DNA from: Chrysemys picta bellii
Taxonomy: Eukaryota
NCBI RefSeq assembly: GCF_011386835.1
Contig: NC_088804.1
Coordinates: forward strand, 11,842,001-11,906,000
Reading direction: 5' to 3'
Length of the DNA: 64,000 nt
The notes beneath the pieces are model-generated. The model was not told the origin of the DNA. It saw only the letters and a list, made by a program, of their open reading frames with translations, and ran no database searches. A program made the position numbers and the translations under genes. The first letter of the stretch is position 1. Every line of letters starts with the position of its first letter. Of the stretch, positions 22,301 through 34,300 are shown piece by piece.

Positions 22301-25300
22301 AAATCAAACGTAAGCAACACATCTCTCAAAGGCCACCAAACAGCCATCGGATAGTAAAGTGTAGTCATTTATCACCTGAATTAAAATATTAAATGGAAAA
22401 TGACAAACTAGCTTTTCAATGAATTGTCTGTAAACAGTGAAAGAGAGACTGAGTGCATACTTCTGTAGGTTATCTGGAGTGCACACTTCTTCGTCATACA
22501 ATCCTTCAGGATCTAACAAGGTACCTGTGAACAAAAAGGAACACGTGACTAGCTCAGCATACCTATTGCTACTTGCACCTTGTGTAGTTAGTTGTAGTGG
22601 TGCAAAGGGAGTGGAATCAGAAAGTGTTCCTTTCTGATTTGATAGCATTTTATACTCACTCTGCATTTGCTTTGGACAAGGGTGCTATTGGTTTAAGATA
22701 TGTCCTCCCTTCAGGGACTGTATCTTGCCCATGCAGGCTAATGCTTTTGATCTAATGGGACTCATCCATTTCAGAATGAATGCAAAAACCCCTCCCTAAT
22801 AGCAATGAGGATGGGAATGCTTGCACTCAGTTCCTCCACCCTCCCTCTTTCTGATCCTTAAGTGTCTCTTCTCCCTTGCCTCCTGCACAGAACCCTCTCC
22901 CCCGAAGCTTTTTAAACCTTCCGGGCAAACTACCCAATCTGACCTACTCTAACCACTTCCTCAATCAATCAAATCAAGGTAATTAATTAAGTGAAACCAC
23001 CACTCTTAAGAACATAAGAACGGCCATACCGGGTCAGACCAAAGGTCCATCTAGACCAGTATCCTGTCTACTGACAGTGGCCAATGCCAGGTGCCCCAGA
23101 GGGAGTGAACCTAACAGGCAATGATCAAGTGATCTCTTTCCTGCCATCCATCTCCAACAGAGGCTAGGGACACCATTCCTTACCCATCCTGGCTAATAGC
23201 CATTAATGGACTTAACCACCATGAATTTATCCAGTTCTCTTTTTAAACGCTGTTACAGTCCTAGCCTTTACAACCACCTCAGGTAAGGAGTTCCACAAGT
23301 TAACTGTGCGCTGCGTGAAGAAGAACTTCCCTTTATTTGTTTTAAACCTGCTGCCTATTAATTTCATTTGGTGACCCCTAGTTCTTGTATTATGGGAATA
23401 AGTAAATAACTTTTCCTTATCCACTTTCTCTACATCATTCATGATTTTATATACCTCTATCATATCCCACCTTAGTCTCCTCTTTTCCAAGCTGAAGAGT
23501 CCTAGCCTCTTTAATCTCTCCTCATAGGGGATCCATTCCAAACCCCCAATCATTTTAGTTGCCCTTTTCTGAACCTTTTCTAGTGCCAGTATATCTTTTT
23601 TGAGATGAGGAGACCACATCTGTACGCAGTATTTGAGATGTGGGCGTATCATTGATTTATATAAGGGCAATAATATATTCTCAATCCCCTTTTTAATGAT
23701 TCCTAACATCCTGTTCGCTTTTTTGACCGCCTCTGCACACTGCGTGGACATCTTCAGAGAACTATCCACGATAACTCCAAGATCTTTTTCCTGACTCGCT
23801 GTAGCTAAATTAACCCCCATCATATTGTATGTATAGTTGGGGTTATTTTTTCCAATGTGCATTACTTTACATTTATCCACATTAAATTTCATTTGCCGTT
23901 TTGTGAGATCTTTTTGAAGTTCTTCACAGTCTGCTTTGGTCTTAACTATCTTGAGCAGTTTAGTATCATCTGCATACTTTGCCACCTCACTGTTTACCCC
24001 TTTCTCCAGATCATTTATGAATAAGTTGAATAGGATCGGTCCGAGGACTGACCCTTGGGGAACACCACTAGTTACCCCTCTCCATTCTGAGAATTTACCA
24101 TTAATTCCTACCCTTTGTTCCCTGTCTTTTAACCAGTTCTCAATCCATGAAAGGACCTTCCCTTTTATCTCATGACAGCTTAATTTACGTAAGAGCCTTT
24201 GGTGAGGGGCCTTGTCAAAGGCTTTCTGGAAATCTAAGTACACTATGTCTGCTGGATCCCCCTTGTCCACATGTTTGTTGACCCCTTCAAAGAACTCTAA
24301 TAGATTAGTAAGACACGATTTCCCTTTACAGAAACCATGTTGACTACTGCTCAACAGTTTGTTTTTCTATGTGTCTGACAATTTTATTCTTTACTATTGT
24401 TTCAACTAATTTGCCCGGTACCGACGTTAGACTTACCGGTCTGTAATTGCCGGGATCACCTTTAGAGCCCTTTTTAAATATTGGTGTTACATTAGCTAAC
24501 TTCCAATCATTGGGTACAGAAGCCGATTTAAAGGACAGGTTACAAACCATAGTTAATAGTTCCGCAACTTCACATTTGAGTTCTTTCAGAACTCTTGGGT
24601 GAATGCCATCTGGTCCTGGTGACTTGTTAATGTTAAGTTTATCAATTAATTCCAAAACCTCCTCTAGTGACACTTCAATCTGTGACAGTTCCTCAGATTT
24701 GTCACCTACAAAAGCCGGCTCAGGTTTGGGAATCTCCCTAACATCCTCAGCCGTGAAGACTGAAGCAAAGAATCCATTTAGTTTCTCCACAATGACTTTA
24801 TCGTGTTTAAGCGCTCCTTTTGTATCTCGATCATCACTCCTGTTTTTAAAGTTTTTCATGGAAGTGCAGTGGGCAAAGTAATCTCTAGTGTAACTCAGTT
24901 GAAATCAGTGGAATTACACCAGGAATGAATTTTTATTAAGGTATGCAGTTTGAAGTGGATGTGAAAATGAAAACTGTGCCAATCGAATTGTTTAATTATC
25001 TTGTCACAAACACTGATTTAGAACATCAGCAATTAATGGGGCTGGAAGAATCGAATCATAAGTTGAATGCTTCAGTTTACATACAAATAGCTTGGTGTAA
25101 CGGAGAGACTAGAATTGGAATACAGAGAAACCACAATGGTTCAACTGGGTTTTAAAAGCTAATTTTAAAATGGCTAAACTGTGGCAGGGTACTTGAGTAA
25201 TCTTATAAACTGATGCCATGTTCAATTCCAGCAGGGGCTGCATTTTGGTAGAAATCACCTCTCCACTATTTGGGTACAGTTTATAATACAATAAAGCACT

Positions 25301-28300
25301 CTGAGACTTACAAAAGACATGACACTTTTAAACCACGGTTTGTAAATCTTTAGTCTCCACTTAATTGTTACTGCCCCTTAGTTATACCATATGCTGCCTG
25401 CAGGTGGTGTCTCAGGGCCATATAAGGATAAAATCGGTTGCCTCTGACAGTTTGAGACAAAACCTTACCAACTGCCCATGGTTTCTCTTCCCCAGGACCA
25501 AGCCGGCATGGATCTTTGTAGCGTGTAAACAGGGAGTGCTGCTGCTCCAGCTTGTCCTCTGCAAGGAAAGAACAAGTCCAGGGAAAGGCAAATCAATCAC
25601 ACAGTGCAAGCTTTAAAATACAGTGCAAAAACTGGTACCATGCAAAAGGCAAACTTGACTCTCCGATCTGTCCCCTCAGCTCGTGCCCCTGGAAGGGAGA
25701 GGAGGTTCCTCCCATCACTCTGAAGCAACCTCTCTGGTCAAGACTACAGAGCACAGATTTAATTTGGAACCTGATTTCATTTTGGTTTCTAAGGTGATAT
25801 TAGCTACATTCTGTAATGAATTAAAAAAAAACAAACCAAAACTCACAATTGTAGTCAAGATTCTTATTAACCATGAGTTACATTTTTATAAATTCTCTAA
25901 ATCTTAGTCCTCAGATTTGACAAAAGCATTTCCTAAATGTCTCCCATTTATCACTAGTTTAATGCTAAATTGACAACTGAAGGAACTGATGCCCCTTATT
26001 TATCTTCAAAACAGGTCTGATTGCAGGCAATGGCAATGTGGATTTCCCACCTTGCTTGGGTAATTTACATAACCCCTATCCTGGAGGGACCAGTCTCCAT
26101 GCCCTTTCCATTTTTAGTCTGCAAGACTGCCAACAGCGTACCAATTAGTGCCAGTTGTAGTGGTGGCACATGTTTGAGGAACTGGGTTAATATCACCAAC
26201 TCATTTCAACTGGCCCACTGAACAGACTGCAAATGATGACTTTTGGGCACTAATTACCTGGGCTGGATTTGAACTGGTGACCTAAGGGTGAAAGACCTTA
26301 GGTCAGTTGAGATTAATGGCATTAAAAATGTTACCTGTATATTTCAAATCCTCCAAAACTGTAAATCATGAAAAATAGGCCACTTTCCTATCCCTGGTCA
26401 CCTCCACTTCCTTGTTATACTGTCTTGTTGCATCTTGTCTTAATTAGGAGCCTAAACTCTTTAGGGCCAGATTTTTTAAAGGTACTTGGGCACCTAGAGG
26501 TGCAGATAGGTGCCTAGTGGAGAATTTTTCAAAATTGCCTAGGCACCTAACTGCATTTTTAGGTGTCTAAATACCTTTTAAAAACCTGTCCCTTACTGTT
26601 ACTATGCATTGGTACAGCACCCAGCATAATGGAGCCCTAATGTCATTGGAGCTGGTTGGTGCTACTGTATACAATTAGTTGTTAATATCCTATTCTCCAC
26701 TGCCTGAACTCTCCAAATAATTGCCCCCGCCAACAAAACTCCACTAAGAACAAAGAGTCACTGTTGGAAAATAGAGCACTTTAAAACTGAAGAAAATGTA
26801 TCAACAACAACAACAACAAAAGATTCACTGCGAACTCCTGCCCATCTGATTTTTGGGAGTAATTAATGGGCCTGATTCTCCATTGCTGTGTACTGATGTA
26901 AATTACGACACAATGTAGGTGTTAAATGTTAGGCAGTGCAGAACTACACCCGCTGGCTTCATATTGACAGGACCGATGGTGAGTTGGGTATGTACATAGT
27001 CTCTGCAATGCATTTGTTGAAGTTAGAAACTTGTGGTATGACTGCCTCACAAGATGCACTGTTCACGAAACACTTAGGTTACATAACTGACTGAGAAATG
27101 ATATTTCGTGTTGATATTGTTATCCTGAGTATTAAAGTAGTCCAAATTACAAGCAGCATACCACATGCATTCTCAATGCTTAATTTCTCCAGGAGCATAA
27201 TTAGTACCAATTTATCTACTTCAAGTCTAATAGCAAATATATGCCTCTAAGATTATTTAATGTAACAACAAAGTAGTACTATTGGCACTGGATGAAGGAG
27301 CTAGGAGAATTAAAAGTCAGGGTGTACTATTTATTATAGTAAATCTCGTATCTAGTAGTATTTGCAGGATCAGACCCTCAAACTGAAAATACCAGCACTG
27401 CTGTAAATCCAGTAATTTTTTTTTAAAACCTATTAAACTGGCAGCGTCCCTTGATGATTTTCTTCTTTGCAGCACTTCCACCATTTTAGATTTTAGAATT
27501 TCTTATCAACAGTTCAAGTTCCTTCTAGGGATCCTTGGAACATTCACAAGTCCCTGCACTTGGAACTAATGATCTCATTTGTCACAGGCTATTGTCAAGG
27601 CAACAAAATCCATAAATGTGTATGAAAATGGACACACTCAAAACAAGGGAGGGGGAACTTCTTTGAAGTTTGAGCTAGATGTATCACCTAAGGACGACGT
27701 TGCCCTGCATCAACAGAGCAAACCAGACCTGCTTCTACAGGAAAGCAACATCATTCTTGCCAAGGGATGATGTTGTGTGACTATCTCAATTCCAACTAGA
27801 AGGGGTCAGAAAAAGGAAACATGTTCAGTCTGTAGCCACATTCGTACTAAACATCCACTGCCCCGCGGCTGTTACAGGCTCTTACGTCATTGTATCTGTT
27901 TTGTCCCTAGCTATAGGGCCACAGGATCCCATTCTTGCATTTTGTTCAGTGTATCTTACTGAGCTGAGAACTGATAGCTCCAGTTCAACTATTGCACCCG
28001 CATTGTCTCAGCTGCCTTGAAAGTTGCCGTCTTTAGAACCACAAGACGATTCTGGGGCTGAGGCAGTAATAAATTAGCAGAGACATCTTGGAGGAATTGC
28101 AGAAAACGAGGTTATTTAAGATTTGACAGGTACGCTTAAATCAAATCCCTCCTCTCTCAGCAGGTTATTGATTTTGTTCAGGTATTTTTATTTAAGGACC
28201 AGATGAAATCTGCAATTTTATTTCTTCAAGTTTTGCTCTGTCTCAGGGTTTCAGATGCCTACAAACCTTCATTGGAGAAGCCATGGAAAGGAATAAAATT

Positions 28301-31300
28301 CTGTGATGATTAATCCACTACCATGCAGCAATTGTTACTATTCATGGCTGAGAGGTACAGCCTAGCCCCTCTCATTGAACCGTTTTTTATCTCGTAGCAA
28401 AAGGTTTAAAATATAATAGATTTCCATCACAGTCAGACTACATCAGCCTGACATTAAAGACAGCCTTATAATAAAGTTCCTGATAACTGAGAATTCAATG
28501 TACTGATGTTAGAAGTGTGATACCTCTCTAGTACTAGGGTACAAATGACTTGCTGCAAATGCCCTAAAACATGGGGTGACTAAGGAACTTGCGAATGTCA
28601 GATGGATTAATGGTATAACTTTCAACAAAGAGAGCTGGATTTTCACAGGAGGAAACAAACTATTCTACAATTTCACAGTTTGTAAAGAAAGCTGGCAAGT
28701 CTAAAAATATTCAGTTAATTTTTTTCCTTAAAATCTTCCAGACTCTTTACAGTGCAAAATTGGTAAATACTGTACAAAGATTTAGCACTTAAAAATACAA
28801 AACCTACATTTTCGGTCTGAAGTACATTACCTAACAAAGATCTGTGACTTTTAAAATTAAAAACATTCCCCTGCAGAGTTGTGAACATAAACACTGCAGC
28901 ATTGTTCTAATTTAATGCATGAGAACCAAAAAGTGAGACTGACTATAAATAGAAAATGAAAGTGATCAACTTAATTTCCACTTTCATTTCAAAAGTGCAA
29001 AATAGTAAACTGCATTAATAGCAAAAATAAAACAGATTTTCAATGCTTTTAATGATTTTAATTGTTAGCAACACATCTAAGAACAGCTTTTACCTTGTTA
29101 GCATCCCCTTTAACAATGGTTACGTTTCAATAATTTAAACCCCTATGCAAACATACCTACAAAAACTCAACCACTGTACTCCAGCTTCACGAGTATAAAA
29201 ATATATTGTCAACCAAGTAACATCTGACACTTGGCTAAAATGCACATACTATGTTTGCTACATATTGTACAAAAAGATTATTCTAGATCATTCATTGGAT
29301 GAAATGATCATGTTTACAAACCAGAAAGTTTCTTAATCTCATCAGAGGTCAACACTTTTAAGATTTGGAGCAAAGCTACACAAGTATGTAAATAACTGAA
29401 TTCTGATTGGATGTATCTGAATTCGGCTAAAATTGATTTACCTCTGAGCTAATAAAGCATAGGGAAATTTTTGCTTTACTAAAACTCTGGTCAACAAATC
29501 TTGACTTTCAGCTCTAGAATGTTGATACATAATTCCAGATGCCAAGTCAGAGTGTCTGCCAACTTCATGTTCTGTTCTTCAGATACTTTTCTACTCAACT
29601 TCAGGGTTCATTTGAGATTGGAGATGCAATAACTAAATTGACCGTGAGCATTTGATCCAAGGCAGAGTATGATAGGTTATTCATCTCCTGAGAATCCTGG
29701 CTGCCAAGTAGTAGCACATGTAAATATGAGACAAGACCAGGCAATGCAGGGGCAGTCAACATTTTGAATTTTTTCATTTGAACAACTATCTATCCAAACC
29801 AGATTAATTAACCTCGTCAGTGGTGATTAGCACTATATCGATCTCATCAACAGTTTCAAAAGAAAAGCACATTCAAAGACATGATATGAAAGAATAGTAG
29901 TTATTTTGGACTGTACAGGAGATATCTTTTTCTTTGACATAACTGGTACACCCAGCTTCATTAGAGGGGATGGATTCCCTATGGACACTAATATCTCCAC
30001 TAAGCAAATGGGCCTGAACAGTGACTAAGAATCCATAAACCTGCTGGTCCTAAACTTTAGAGCCCAATCTGAACACTGAAGCTTGAATTTATCTCTAACC
30101 TAGCTGACTAAAAGCACAGTATAAACCAATATGCACAATAGAGAACATATTAAGAGACTCACGGTGATCATGATTGTTCCTACCCCTGGTCTCACTGGTT
30201 CACACTCTGACGGTCCTAGTGTATCCATCTCTTTGTATGCCTGCATAGTAGCAGTAGCTCAGTCACCGTGCCCTTTCCTCTCAGATGTAGCCCTCTCCAT
30301 GCCTTTTGCCAGCTCCAGGCTGGACTACCATAATGTGTTCTATTTAGGCTACCATTGGAGGTCATTTGGCTGCTTCAGCAAGAGCATTTTGCAATTACCT
30401 GCCTATTTAGTGGGGCACGCACACACGAATATACATCACCTGTGATTTATACTCTGTGCTGGCTTCCAAGCTGCTACTTGGTGGTGGTAGCTAGTATCTA
30501 TAATGCTGGTTGTCTTAGACAACCCCTCTCCCTATACTTTTCAGATCAGTTGCTTTTCTAGAAAAGCTTCTGTTGTTTGGGCCCAGGTTTAAACTCCTTT
30601 GAGCAAGCAGCAAGACATCACTAGTAGACAGCCTTTGGTTCTGAAATTTACGCTCTCCTACAGTCCACCAGAGTCCCGATTCACTTATTTATGGAACATA
30701 ATGCAAGACTTTTTTTACTTGGAATATTTCTTAATTTTAGAACATAATTTGGAGGGGATCCCAAATTAACAGACAGTAGTGGTAGAAGTAGGGATGGATT
30801 TTTTGATTTGTGCCAATTGCTGGTAATAATTGTTCTTTTTAATTTCTGTGGTATGCCCAGCTAGTGTAGTGATGAGCCAGTTGAAATAAATTAACATCCG
30901 TTTATGTAACTGCCTATACACATTGTGCAAACACATACACATTAAAAATAACATTTACTGTATCATGTTTGACTTTATCCTAGTGTGTGAGATATTCTTT
31001 ACTCAGAATTCCACTGCAAATTTAACATCTGTTTGTAGTAAAGGTCTACTTTTAATGGTGTCCTTTGCCCTCCATATATGGAATAAACTTCCAAAAAAAT
31101 AAGTTAAAAGAATATTAAGGTTGCAAAGTCAAGTCCTTTAAGATAGTAAATGCCAGAATTAAAGTTGCCTTCGGAACATTAATTCAGCCCCCTTGTGCGT
31201 ATGCATTATGATATAGTTTTTAACTACACAGTTATGTAAGATTTTTTCCACAGGTACCCAGTGATTATATGCCTGTTGATATATATTAGTAACTAGAAAG

Positions 31301-34300
31301 AAAGGGTATATAGGTGCCATAGTGACAATAAAAGTGCAGAGCAGGTAAGAGCTACCTGTCTGATTCTTTTAGAGTTTGGTGGAGACTGTCAAAGGCACAA
31401 ATGATAGGACTGCCCTTTGTGCCTTAGAAATTTCCCCTTTAATGAATAGGCATCTCTTAAACATTGGGTTTGCCCACTCAGATTAACAATCTTTACTCCC
31501 ATTTTTAAAAGTTTTTATAGCAATTTATTCTTATTTAAATGTGATCGCAAGCCATGTACAATTGCAGATCACTGCTCTAAAGCAGTTAGAGGAGACATTA
31601 CAACATCTTAGTAGCTCACTGTGATGCTACGTATTCAAGAGGAAGGGGAAAAGCTTGTCTCACCAGATGAGCAGTTGTCAAAGTTGAGATCTCCACAGAT
31701 CACATCAAAAGCCACCAGCTCCTCTGGATTGGCTGTGCTGGAGGAGGAGGTAGATTTTCGGAAATCAGCCAGCCAATCTTGAAGCAGATCAAGTTGCTCA
31801 CATCGAACTGTAGTGTCTCCTACGGGAAGCACAATGTGAAAAAGCCTGAGTACAAGGAAATGTGCTTAAAACAACATTTAACTTTACAGATAGATACTCA
31901 GAATGCTGCATTCCTCTTGTGCAGCTAACAGACGTTGTTAGGGACATAAAGCAAAATACGCAGGAGGGAGATAAAAAGAATAAAAGCACAAAACCACTCC
32001 AACCCCTCCTATCCATCCCCTCCCCAAACAAGCCCTTGTATTGCATCTTTTCCCCTACTGCATGGTGTATATTTAAACAATTTGGGGCAAGGAATATCTT
32101 ACTATTTGTATGTAAAGTGGCTGGTATTGTTTTGGACAGTATAAATAAAATTCATCCTCTGTGCAGAGACCTTGCATGAGGCCTACACACTGCGTAAGTC
32201 CTTGACATAAGGTTGAAATGGGACTTAAATAGTTTGTAGACCTTCTGCTGGCTCTCTGCACGGGGTGAATTACACTCTCTTTAAATGTAGTTTTTTATAT
32301 GTAATTTGTATAATGTTAAGGTTGCAAAGTAAAGCATTCATAAGTTAAGAAGTTCTAGAATTAAGGCTGCATATGCATTATGATACAGTCTTTAATTACA
32401 TGATCACAAACTATTTTGTCCACAAGACCTCCACTCCATTCAGTGCTCAGAATGGATGGTCAAGATTTCATTTTATACTCATTGTTTGATATGAGGCTAA
32501 CCATTCAAACCCTCCTCGGACTACAGAATTATAAGTTTCCCCAGGGGCTTTACTATGGCATGCACCACTGTAAACACCATGGATGGAGAAGAGCTATTTA
32601 AGCCATATGACAGCGTTGGCACAACAACAAATGACCAGGAATAGGCTGGAAATTAGAAGGTGGTTTCTAAAATCATACTAGTGAGGTTCTGGAACAGCCT
32701 TCCAACTTGAGTAGTGGGCGCAAACAACCGAATTAGTTTACCCTAATTGTGAGCTCATCTGTGAAAAGTGAATGAAAATTAATAAAATGTTTCAATAACC
32801 TAACAACAAATGTTGGTAGGGAAAGGTGCAAAAAAGAGAGAGACTGAATCAGTCCAAACAAAAAGACCTACTGATGTAATTCAAGGACTGTTATGAGCAT
32901 GCCAGATAAACAAGAACAATGTGAGCCCAGAAATCAATGAACCAAACTTGGTATCAGAAATTAGGCCTACTGGTGGACAAAATAGTGGGAGGATGGACTA
33001 TTCCGCCCTTCACTCCCTTTCAGGGTCCTTAAAATAAAAGAGGCTTTGAAATCAAAGTTGTTATAAAGGAAGTGTAGGGGGATAACTGCTGACGAAAAGA
33101 AGGGAAAAGAGCAAGCTTCACTATCATGGTTGCCACCTTCATTTATCCTTGAGATCCACTGTAACATCAGTGGGCCTTAGTAGTCTTGATCCCAAGAGCT
33201 GTCCTTACCAGACCAAGCTAACAGAGGGACGGATGACATTGCCACCTCCACCAGTTCTGGCTGAATCTTAACTGCCACCAGGAATGAGAGACTGTCACCT
33301 GAACCCAGTGTGTCTTTTTCCTTTCCCACCATTTTTCTTCTGTTTCCTATGCTTCTCGTTTTGTCTTCTAATAAGAGTCTGGCTTAGCCGGCCAAGACTG
33401 CATATTTTGCAACATTACTGTAAGCCTGTGAGCAGAGAGGGAGATAAAAGCAATCCCCTAAACAGCCTGATGCTGGTATAAATCTGCCAGTTCTTGTAGT
33501 GGTTGAAAAGCCTGTATGCTGTGCCCATGTTTTGCCAGCAGTGAAGTTGTAATTGAGAGTAAACACCAGAGAAAGAACCTGCATTTTCTTTCTTCTGCTT
33601 TTGTGTGTGTTTTGTCTTGTTTTGCTTTCTAGGAAACAGGATCGAACTTTAACAACAATGGTAGCTCCAGTCCATCTCAATTAACTTCTTTCCCACCCCA
33701 AAAGAATACTCTCTAAGAGACTGTTAGACAAGGGGTTTGTTCCTTCTAAAGACTAACTTTAGAGAAAGGGAAAGGGAACAAAGGATGTTGTTAAAATAAA
33801 AGCCTTACTTAATATGTTACATTTCAAATGCTTTAACTGTTTTTTCTTCATTTTCTGTATCTTTAATAAAAGGTTTAAAGGATTTTTAACTGTGTTTGCC
33901 ATAGTATTTAGCAGGCTGAGGTCTCTGTATATAAAACTTTGTTTAAAACTATTTAATGTTGGACAGCCACAGGATCGTATTAACACCTTTGACTCTCTGG
34001 GCCCATATATTCCATCTAAATAAATACCAAAGATCATCATCTCCTTTTTCCTATGCCAAGACTGGGTAGGGCCAATGTTATGAGCAGATTCCATTCACGT
34101 CTGTTTAGAACCAGGATTTGAGCCTATTGGGGGTTGCTAGGATGGCTTTATATACTGTGCTGGTTCCACTGTCTTCTTGGACATCTCTGGACTCTCTCAT
34201 TTTCATAGACAATACGTTTGGGTAGTTTTAAGATGAAGCTTGATAAATTTATGAACAGGATTATATGCAGAGGTGAAAGTAAGCCGGTCCGGTCCAGCGT

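Noticed and set aside
23227-24859. 375-aa and 171-aa ORFs as a host reverse transcriptase gene
   Set aside because: This is a typical 5'-truncated, frameshifted CR1 ORF2 with the CR1 tail, and there is no sign of domestication. I also could not identify a convincing TSD.
26803-26820. (AAC)n microsatellite and long C/G homopolymers (e.g. ~2105-2120)
   Set aside because: Ordinary simple repeats; homopolymer lengths may also be sequencing artefacts.
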